DNA of 58,559 bases, counting the filler, from Sphacelaria rigidula (Eukaryota): the NCBI GenBank assembly GCA_964200075.2. It is 6 parts of 6 records of this genome, joined end to end, with 100 filler letters (N's around TTAATTAATTAA, not from the genome) between each part and the next. Parts side by side here need not be neighbours in the genome. Positions count along the whole stretch, not along the records: positions 48,885 to 58,559 come from CAXNAA020007984.1; 5 more parts are not named here. The stretch is one strand, 5' to 3'. Position 1 is the first letter of the stretch, and every line of letters starts with the position of its first letter. Of the stretch, positions 48,885-58,559 are shown piece by piece. The notes under the pieces were generated by a model. It did not search any database, was not told the origin of the DNA, and saw only the letters and a program-made list of their open reading frames with translations. A program made the translations under genes and the position numbers.

Positions 48885-49411
48885 TGCAACGCGCTTGAAA
48901 CTCCGAGCCGTTTTTTTTTTTCTATTTTCAGAATCCGCGGCAGCTGTAGTTTGAATGTCCCTTCTGACGGTCCCAAACTGGATCTGATGCAGCGACGACA
49001 AGCGCTGGCACCCTCCCACCCGGATGGGCTTTGATCCCCCTCAGCCTTAGGATTAGCCCCCAGGGGGAGTCCGGAAATAACGGGTTGCTTTCTTGGGAAG
49101 CAGTCGTTCATTGTGACAGGTGTAAAGTGTTCAAACGAGGAAATTTCAATTTTCAACATGGAAAGATGTACTACAGTACCCCCGAAAGCTATTCTACATG
49201 TTTGATTCCGAGTGATGTTCACCAAATACCCCCACAGTTGTCTCAAATCCCGTCTGAGGGGGATCAAAGCCCATCTGAGGGGAGGGTGCCAGCGCTTGTC
49301 GTCGCTGCATCAGATCCAGTTTGGGACCGTCAGAAGGGACTTCAAACTACAGCTGCCGCGGATTCTGAAAATAGAAAAAAAAAAACGGCTCGGAGTTTCA
49401 AGCGCGTTGCA
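48885..49411. mobile_element. Foldback/MITE-like element with ~160-bp near-perfect inverted repeats
   Basis: 48885-49044 is the reverse complement of 49254-49411. The left arm is cut by the scaffold start. Confidence 0.8.
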
Positions 49412-50389
49412 CTACAGTAGACTAAGTATTGTTCAACAGCCCGCCGCGAAACCGGTTCTCAACACAGCCACGACGGAGGTGGCCATACAAGGCGTGAAAG
49501 CGGGCTCAGACTAGATGAAGCGCCTCGCATGGGCACTACTGGCGGAACAACCCCAGGCGTGGGGCTAACCTCTACCCCCGCTGTATGTGTCTGCAGATTT
49601 ATTGTGGGGCGCCCGTTTGACCCAACTGACCACTGTACTGTAGGGATTCTCTACTCTGATGATGATATATCTCAGCAGACTGCTGAATGATGATGCGTTT
49701 CGAAGATCGTTGGCGTCTGCCGCCGCATTGGATCGTTTCGCTGACGGCGGTCGTCGCCGGCGCAATAGTGTGAAGTCTCTCTCAGATACTCAACGAGAGG
49801 CGCTCGAAAACTCGATGACTAGTCCAAAGAAGTATGTTTCTAGCATGCTTTGTTACGTGTTCCGTAGCGCTTAGACGCAGGGAGGGGTTGCTCAAAAGCG
49901 CCGGCGCAATGAATGACGGTGGCTTCTCTGTTGGAATCCTCGCCATCATGCTTTTGCTGCCGTGCATAAATTTCTGCGTTAGGGGCACATGGTCGGAAGC
50001 TGTTGCGAATCCCGAGCCTTTTGAACAAAGTAAATGAAATTTCGATGGTCCGTTGAACCTCAATCAAATGTTGGACATCAAAAACGAATCCAGGCTGTTT
50101 ATAGTCGTTTTTCCGTATCCAATTATGCAGCTTGACAATCATGGTAGACCAATGCTAAGATAGGGGTTGCACGTTCTGTCTCTGGGTCTCGTCGCTGTGG
50201 GAGCCCAAATATATGGGGCTTACTGTGCAACCCAAATCTTCGGGGACAGGAGATGGAGATGCACACAAGAGCCTTCTCGTGAATCGGCATCATCTTTAGT
50301 ACTTTTTATGTCAAAATGATGCCGATTCTCAAAATGATGCATGCAACACCCCGAGAAACATTTTCGCTCAACAAGTGCAACCCTACCGT

Positions 50390-51660
50390 AGCACCACTCG
50401 GTAATCATTCCCTGTTCCCTGTACTTGAGAAACTCGCTCACTATGTCGTCTGCCCCTGCTGCCTTTCCGTTTTTGCGTTCAGCTACACACGCCTTTGTTT
50501 CATCTCTTGTAAACTCTGTCCGCGATTCTTTGCAGCCAATACTCTCCTGTTTTGACACCTTTACATCTGTCTCTACCCATCACTCATTAATGTCTTCTCT
50601 TTTTACGTGTCTAACTTCTCGTTTGCTTTTGACGTTCTCAGCCCACGGTAATGCGCTGCTACTTCTTCCCTCTTCCCCTTCGAACTACTACTCACAGTTT
50701 ATCGTTCTGTGCTCTTAGTGTGGCTATCCCCTTGTCTGCCTGTCCTGCCTGTTCGTCCATAATCCGTTCTATCCGTACCCATATTTGCTTCATCCCGCCA
50801 TCGAAGTCTTCATTCGTTTCCTTGTCTACGGCTCCTCATATTTCCTTTTATTTCTTCGCCTTTTTTTAACGTCCGTCCGAACTTCAGCATACTCCTCCCA
50901 TCCTACCGCGACCTCTTTTTATTTCTCACCCCACCACTTTACTGCTTTGTTACATAGTTAGTTACTGCCCTAAGGCATGACTTCCTGTGGTCTTGACCAG
51001 TTGCTCCCATCTTTCTCTAGTTTTCGTTCTCACCCGATCCCTTTCCATTTCGGTATTCACTGTACCTACGCTTCACAACAACTCCGGGAAATTCACTCCA
51101 TTTGATGTAATCTCTTCTTGGAAGTCTTGTTTTCGTTTATTTCTAGTTCCATCTGTTCTGCGTTTCTATAAGTTCCTACCTTGTGGCTGCCTCTTCATAT
51201 TGAACATGAATCGGTGGTCCCCACATCCTCTGCGCGTACACGCATTTTCAGCTCCTCATCATTTCCATATTCTACTGCTATATAGTCAAGTATGGAGATT
51301 TCTGGATTTTTCCGTTTGCCTTGTCTAACGTCCATCTATATTGTGTCTTCGGTTTTAGCGCTCTATCGTTCAGCGTCTTCATTTCGCTGTTTTCAAGGAA
51401 GTTCAGCATTCGTACCCTTCTCTTCTTTCCCGCGTTGCCCAATGATATCATCCGTTTGACTTGCTTTTTCCGCCTTGCATTCAAATCTCCCACTAACACT
51501 ACTTTCCCTCGCATTTTGTCCTTATTTCCATCTACTATTTCTCTAATCCTTTTTTGTATATTGTTTACCGCACTCTTGGATTCTGGGGTCATACGAATTT
51601 TCCCTACGATGAAAATGTGTTTCGTTCCCTGCTCTCCTGTTACCGTAATACTTCCTCTGT
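50390..51660 (-). mobile_element. Degenerate APE-endonuclease non-LTR retrotransposon (EN and pre-RT region)
   Basis: KVVLVGDLNAR...MLNFLENSEMKTLNDR (APE motif GDxNA) and KNGKAAGADDIVSEFLKY (pre-RT motif). Many frameshifts. Confidence 0.85.
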
Positions 51661-53289
51661 CCTGTAAGTCTGTGCAGCTATGTTTGTATGAGCCCTTACC
51701 GATTTCCGATTTGATTTTTGATTTTTTGGTTGCATTCGTTGGCGTTTGTGGAGCTAAAATAAAACTCTGTCTGCAACGTGGGTGCTTGATCCGTACAGCC
51801 TCGGGACCGCAAAGAAGTGGCTCGGTCAAACTATCGCCATTTTCCCCTTTTTTCCCAGTAAAGCATAAAAGATCCGGGAATCGCGAAAAATCGTGAAGAA
51901 AATGTGAAAACCGCGAAACCACCACTGATTTGGATATCTCCGTGACGTTAACCTACGCACGCCTCATCTAACAACTTTTCAGCTTGTAATCGCTAGTGCT
52001 CGACGTAAAAACGTCCAAAATCGATCAACATTGGGGAATAAGTGGACCAAAAAGGGCCAAGATGGGGTATATTTTGACATAATTTCAGAATTTAAAAACG
52101 AGTTTTCTGTTCTTTTATTGTTTTTAGTCAGCTTCGTCTGTGCGTTATCTCTCAAACGAACCCGATTGTAGGATGATCGTCAGCGTTAAAATACCCAAAC
52201 GATCAAACGTCAATAACTGCACAGACTTACGAGACAGGGGAAGTATATATGCTCTCCTCGAACCTTTTGTCTTTGATCATTTCAATGATGGCACAGAGAA
52301 ATTCGCTGACTAAGAATCGTCCTCCCCACGCCCCCTTGTTGTCAGGGTCCTTCCCCTTTTGTTTTTTCCCTATTCATCTGTACTTTTTACCTTTGGATCT
52401 CATTTCCGAGTCATCCTACGATAGGGGGGGGGTATTTGATTGCACGAAAAAAGAGGCTCAAACGTGTGTCAGACGACCTGCCACGCTCGCGGTGCGCTTG
52501 TTTTTGGTTCAAAACGGTGTCAATCGGTATGAACAAGCGTTACATATCTACAACAAGCTCGTTCGAGCAACCGTTACTCCTTTCAAGGACGATTTGACTT
52601 GGAATTTCGTGCAAGAAGCGGCCCAGAATACCCCCCCCCCCGCCTATCGTAGGATGACTCTTCCGCCCTCTCTTTCTACCATGACTCTTGGGTTCGCACT
52701 ATATGAAGGTCGCACTCGCTTACTTGTTAGGTTACCTGTATTATTTTGCGCTTGTCTGTGACGAATCCGCACACGTTCCACGACCCTATTCCCAACTTCC
52801 TTTTCGAATCTCTAGCCAGTCTCCTTTTGTCCACTGTTTTTTCCCGTCGCTTTTACTTCTGTTCTCTCTCGCTTGATATTTCTCATCATTTTCGGTTTAG
52901 ACTTTGTCTATTTGCTTTAGACCGCCATTTCCCCTCCCTCCCCTTTCGCTTCCGGGCACTCACTTCTTCCTGCTTCTCCTTTCTCCCGTTCACCCGCGGA
53001 CTACGCCGTAAGTTCGTCGTTCCTTTGGTTATGCATACTCTCGGTCCTACTCTTCTAACGCATACCGATGCCTTATTTGTCTCTATCATTTCTCACTCGC
53101 TGCTCGGACTCTGTTATAGCTTGACCCCGAATTGTTCTTCCTCCGTTTTTTACTTTGCTATTGCCAAACAGCAGAGCCCTACTCCCTCGCATTTCATCTT
53201 TCTATTCTCGTCGTACCGCTACTACGTCCGAATATTAGCACTACCAGTACTTCACCCGTGCACTCTTTACTTCTCCTTCCACGGCCGGA

Positions 53290-54170
53290 TGTTGGGGGAA
53301 GGCGGGTGGCCAATTGCGACGAAGATCGTGAATTACGTTGAAAACGCAATCTTCCTGTAAATATACATATACCAGTCGAATCGAGGTTGATTCTCACGTG
53401 ATGGAGTGAGAAAATGACAGACTTATACCTCCTATAAGGTACACATCGGTCAACTGGGCACAAACCTCTGTGCGCGGAGACACACAATCTGCAGCAGATC
53501 GCATGTGGAATCTCAATTTTAGACTGCCTACTGCCTTCACCGGGAATGTCGTCCCGTCGCCTATGATTACGTTTTCAATACTTCGAGTGTGTGTGTGTGT
53601 GTGTGGTTGGGGGGGGGGAGGGGGGGACGAGTCATGAATCGAAGACATTTTGCATGCTTCCGGTAATATGGTGTGAAGCACCAGTATCAGCAATCCACTC
53701 CTCAGTACCGCCAACCCTACTTGATAGACTCTGCCCGTTCAACAGAGCATACTCATGTAAATGAATATTGCCAAGCCGAAGACTGGACTCGTCGTTCGGC
53801 ATGAAACGATGTGGGGGTTGCAGTGGTTGCTATTGTGCTGGAGACGGGTTCTGCACGCAGTGAGCGAAGCCAGTGGCGTCGAAAGCATTTTCGCCCTTGG
53901 AGACAAAGCCATCCCCGTCTGCCTAGCCCTTATACTCCTGTACAAAATTGGCATGTGAGACGTAGGCGCTGGGAGAAGAATCAGAAGGGGATGGTATCCC
54001 CCGTGACGTGTTGCGCGTTGATCCCCAGAAGGACATGCATGAGATGAGCGTCTACAATCTCGATCCCTTTGTTGGCGATGGACATCCCTTCACTCATCAC
54101 TTCGTGAGTGAGCATCGTCACTGTGATGTGTGAGCGGCTTGCAGGCTTTTTGAACCGCCTCAGAGTTCAA
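53290..54170 (-). mobile_element. Ty1/Copia LTR retrotransposon remnant (gag end and aspartic protease)
   Basis: EEWIADTGASHHITGS (53640-53705) followed by IIGDGTTFPVKAVGSLKLRF...LTDVY. A decayed Zn-knuckle-like KCFR lies upstream. Confidence 0.85.
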
Positions 54171-54431
54171 AACACCCCGGAACGTACGTTTTTCAATATC
54201 GCATGAGCCAGTCCCTGCAGGGACCGCGCCCCTCGCCCTTACCCAAACCTAATCTTAATCAAAAGGGTTTTGAACTCCGATACGGTCCAAAACTCATGCG
54301 GTCCGCTCACACAGTACAGTCACCCCTATTCGAATGATCGTGTTGATCAGATGATTTTTCACCCACAACAGCCCCCTGCTGTATACTCAAATAGCTCACT
54401 GCCCACTTGCAGTAATCGGGAAGAAGATGAT

Positions 54432-54683
54432 GACACCTTCTACGATAGCCCCCCCAGAAAACCAGCCCAAGAGTGTCACGGAAACCCGGGTCATATAGCA
54501 CCTGATGTTTGGGTTCAGGCTGCATGAAGCGCCTCATATGGGCGATATTGGCGAGAACGAACCCAAGCGTGAGAATTCCCAGCTAGTCGTGCTCGGCTTT
54601 TTCCACATCGATTCACGGGAACATCCTGCCTCCCCAAACCAGGCACATTTTTTTTCTGGGGGGGGGCTACCGTAGAAAGTGTC
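54432..54683. mobile_element. MITE nested in the left TIR
   Basis: TIRs gacaccttctacgatagcccccccagaaaa and ttttctggggggggctaccgtagaaagtgtc. Absent from the right arm. Its internal segment recurs at ~49500-49550 and ~40080-40190 (minus). Confidence 0.8.
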
Positions 54684-54785
54684 TGATGATGTGTTGCAAG
54701 TCTTCAATATTACTATTTCCACACGTAGGAAATAAGATGAAGAGATGTGAGGGGGGCGAGTGAGGGAGTAGGGCATAGAGCACTA

Positions 54786-54881
54786 CACGGGCGGCCACTG
54801 GGGTGCCTGCAACCTCAAATTTGGACGTTACAGACCTTGCGTCCAAACTTGAGGTTGCAGGCACCCCAGTGGCCGCCCGTG
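54786..54881. mobile_element. 96-bp Tc1/mariner-type (Stowaway-like) hairpin MITE with TA TSD
   Basis: Near-perfect hairpin CACGGGCGGCCACTGGGGTGCCTGCAACCTCAA.../...CCCGTG with TA on both sides. The empty site (gagcac-TA-ccttgtc) is preserved in the host's right arm. Confidence 0.92.
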
Positions 54882-56172
54882 TACCCTGTCACGACAGCTT
54901 ACGATCCAAAATTTACAGCGTCGCAAGGTCCGCGATATATTTCCCATAATGTAGGAACTCGCAACCATTTACCTTTCTCCAATCACGAGGAACATTCTTA
55001 GTACCCTTGCAAGAATAATTGAAAACCCCTGATTTCCCCGCTTATGCTTCTGGCTTCTGTTCGTAGATCAACTGTATTGAACATGCTTCACAATCATGCA
55101 TCGAAAAGCGCGAAACGCACTCACGGGAAATTTTGCCTGCAGGTTCGACCGTTATCCACTCGTCCGTGTTCATCCCTGACCATATTGCAGAACGCGCCGT
55201 ACACAGTGGTTTCGGCTTCAGCCGAAATGTTGCCTCGGTCAAGTCTCTACAAATAGCGCTGGCGCCGAATGTTATTCCGCATGAGCGGGGTAGGGTTCAT
55301 AGAAGCCAGGAGCATGAGCGGAGAAATTGTGGGGTTTTCGATTTTTCCGGCAAGGTTACTGAGAACATTCCTTGTGATTGGAGAAAGGCAAATGGTTGCG
55401 AGCTCCTATATTTTGATAAATGTTTCGCGGATCTTACGACGCTGTAGAGTTTGGATCGTAGGCTGTCGTGACAAGGTAGTGCTCTGCGCCCTACCTCCTC
55501 ACTCGTCTCCCTCACCCCTCTCAACCAATTTCCTACGTGTAGATAGTAATACTGAAGACTTCCAACAAACCATCATCTTCTTCCCAGCTGCTGCGAGAGG
55601 GTAGTGAGCTGGTTGAGTACACCGCAAGGGGCTGTTGTTGCTACAACATCATCTGATCAACACGATCATTCGAATACGTTGACGTTTAAGTTCGAACTTG
55701 GACCGTTGCTCTGAGATGGCTGATCAAGACAGTGCAGTGGAAGAATTGCGGGCGCTACTCGAGGCGCAGACAAGGACTATGGTAGAAAGGCGGTCACGCA
55801 TCGAGGCTGCCGAGGAAAGCAGAGGCGGGCGAAGTGGAAGGTCCTAATCGAATATACTTCCGCTCAAGGATTGTAGCTGTACATCTGCCTGGATGCAGTG
55901 GAAAGGATATGGAGGTTGGATCATGACATACAGGGGAAATACGAATATACGGACTGCTAGGGATTTACACGTCGTAGGCTTAGATCAGGCTACGCGTCGC
56001 TCAGGCGACCTCAAGGTTTTCTCAAACGGTCAAAAATGATACAAAATATCTCTACGGTATTCAAAAGGAGAGTTAAAACAGGTTTTTCAACCACAAGACA
56101 TCGAAAATGCGCATAGGCCGCGACGACTACAAGAATAAACACATCATGAACGGACAGCATCACAGCACCACA

Positions 56173-56480
56173 AGAGCTGACTGGAGCAGAACGGTACCGA
56201 AGACCGGCAGCGGAAACACCCCCCGGCACGCGCGTCACCAACTCTAGCATCCAAACGCCAGTGAGCAGCTACATCAAGGACAACAAAATTTGAGCTTCTC
56301 AGCTTTCATCCCAGATGGGCGGAGGAGCCCCGAAGGCATGTATTCATCTTTATTTTGTATTTTTGAGCTAACCGGAGCAGTACGCGGTACCCAAGCTCGG
56401 CAGCGGTAATATTCCTCGACACGCGCGTCACCCACTCTAGCATCCGAGCGCCAATGAACAAGCCACGTCCGGGACGACAA
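56173..56480 (+). repeat. Direct repeat pair of ~110 bp
   Basis: gagct..ggagcag..cggtacc..cggcagcgg..cacgcgcgtcacc.actctagcatcc at ~56173 and ~56365. Confidence 0.75.
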
Positions 56481-56717
56481 AGCCATCAGCTTCCCAGCTT
56501 CTACTTCAACACGAGCCGCAGTGCTCATCAAGGCATGTTTTCCCTTTAAATTGTTCCGTCGATGAAACATCGAATCTTGATAGAACCACCAGGATTGAAG
56601 AGTAGGGTGACTTCTTTTGTTCTGTTATCAGTAGGCAGTCATTGCATTCTAGTTTGCGATTTGGTTTGCATATTTTCTTGCTTTCTAGAGTGTCATGTGT
56701 CCTTGTTCTTCTGTTGA

Positions 56718-57300
56718 ACTGGGGGTGTTATACAACGCCACACTCAATCTATACCTCGTCACTTGTACTATGTCGAAGATTCATTTTGCAGGCTCACAGT
56801 CGGATTGTTTCATTGTTGGCAATACACTGCCCTTCCCTTTTATCCCCTGTTTTTTCGATCACTGTTATGCCCTGCCCATCTATGCAGTATCTTTCATTCA
56901 TGTATGCCCCGAGGGTATGGATATGATTTCATATTTCGTTGTGTAAGCGTGTTATATTCCGTCATCTACCGTCGTTGGTTAGTTGATACAGTATTCGGTG
57001 TCATTATTCTATGACATGAGTCATAATTTTTGTTTGGATCGAGATCGAGTTTTTATTCGAAGATATTTCGACTCGCGTTTGTTTGTTTGTTTTTCATTCA
57101 GCATCACACCCTGCTCGCTCTGTAGTGAGACGGAGCGCAAGTGTGATTTTGAAGTGTTTTATGTGCGCCCTACTTTGATTCTCATCTGTTTAAGACTTTG
57201 ACTTTTTCCTGTCTCCACTGCACAATGGTATGATCCCCTTGACTGTAGAAGGGGGTGTTATATTCCGTCATCTACGGTAGTTGAACTTGCATTTTTGACT
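56718..57300 (+). mobile_element. Possible LTR remnants (purine tract followed by TG start)
   Basis: gggggTGTTATA at 56721 and 57251. TGTTATATTCCGTCATCTAC is repeated at ~56950 and ~57256. Confidence 0.4.
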
Positions 57301-58559
57301 CGAGATGACTTCGACAAGAGATGTTGCGTTATACAGACATGTTGCCTTGTGTGCACAACCACTTGTGTTCCAATCTGTATGGATTGAAAGTCAGGACTTC
57401 AACTGAACGAGTTGTACAGTACAGGAGGGCAAGATCACATTGGCTGGTGCTATGAGATGCGGTTGTTTTTGTGTTCTCGGACAATGAGCGCTAAACAAAC
57501 ACGTTGAGCACGCCGATTGCACACAGAAACGGATTTGCGAAGTATAGCTATGAATGATTCCACGTAGCATTCTCTCATGTCAACTGATTCTGTGTGCTGT
57601 ATTCCAGGCTGATCACTGCTTGTAGACCGCACTGCATTACAGTCTACTGTGTACTGGCGTATAATTGAAGTATCATGTACCGCAATGATGGTACGTTTAC
57701 GTTTTTTTTGCTGCGGGCAAATGCGGACCAATGACATGCTATTTGATTTTCGTTTTTGGAATTTGTTAAGTTGTTTGTTGAGCATGCTCACCTACACCCC
57801 CCCGGCGTGATCAATCTTGGATCCATCGGTATACTTTGGGAAACCTTATGCATATAATGTTTGAAGAGCGTGCATGGTTCCCCGCATACAAACATGTAGA
57901 GCAAACACGTTGAGCAATAATGTACTGGTCGAAATTTCCATGTGTCCCCCCCGCTTGATCAAAATTATTGGTCCACAGTATAGTATAGCTTGACGAACTT
58001 GTGTGATCTACATTGAGTGCAGTTGAATTGATTTAGTTCTGGCGAGCCAGCAAAATACGGTACTACTGCGTGTGTGAGTTGTCGTTCCATCCATTCTGGA
58101 TGCCAGTATACACCTTTCGGTATATGTGGGCGCACCAGCCGACGTCTGACAGGAGAAGGATCAACACAAGACTTCTTTTTGTTCTTTGTTTTTCTTTGGT
58201 ACTCCACCTCCTGGGATGCTTGCGTACATATTGTTTTCGCGAGGGAAGTTGAGCGCAGTCCCTTCCCCGACTGCGGGTCCGCTCGTCGACCGTTAAGGCA
58301 GATTTTGTGTACCCACGGCATGATACTGTGAATTGTTTTTGACGGCGTTGCGAGGAAAGACGCATGGGTTTATGGGGGAGGAATTTCATTTTTAATATGA
58401 CGCACGTCCGGTGTTTTTCGAATACTTTTGACTGCTGCCGAGAAAGCCCCCCCCCCGAACCGGCAAAAACGTTCACGGAGGCGATGATCATAAATAACAG
58501 TGTTTTCGTAAGATTGAGAGTAGATGATACGATTGAGAGTGGCTTTGATCATTCGCTTT

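Larger units (their letters stand above)
54317..55686. mobile_element. Non-autonomous long-TIR DNA element (Tc1/mariner/pogo-like TA-CAGT end) carrying nested MITEs
   Basis: The left arm (54317-54431 plus 54684-54942) pairs with the right arm 55418-55686. Confidence 0.7.

Noticed and set aside
55716-55847. Short gag-like ORF MADQDSAVEELRALLEAQ...
   Set aside because: Too short, with no downstream retroelement motifs to support a call.

Overview
This window is eukaryotic, intron-rich and repeat-dense nuclear DNA. A brown alga (Phaeophyceae/stramenopile) is inferred from short exons in long repeat-filled introns, an RTE-type LINE and a plant-type quinolinate synthase. It is not one locus. It is six scaffolds of 9678, 9678, 9677, 9676, 9675 and 9675 bp (length-sorted), joined by artificial 100-bp N44-TTAATTAATTAA-N44 spacers. 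Gene fragments recovered by manual splicing: one SNF2 helicase exon (ERCC6L2/CSB-like, minus); five consecutive in-phase exons of USP14/UBP6 with an extra UIM-like motif; two exons of plant-type quinolinate synthase; and two large exons of an unknown protein ending in an EF-hand-like motif. Most of the rest is mobile DNA: RTE and other APE-LINE remnants, a Copia remnant, two tRNA-derived SINE families, a hAT-type MITE with 8-bp TSDs, and nested Tc1/mariner-type foldback MITEs. The most unusual element is an abundant family (about 20 fragments) with variable 5' truncation, a fixed 3' end (GAGTAC) and a poly(C) tail. It sits in G/C homopolymer tracts with target-site duplications and looks like a poly(C)-tailed, G-tract-targeting retroposon. 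Most ORFs in the supplied track look spurious.
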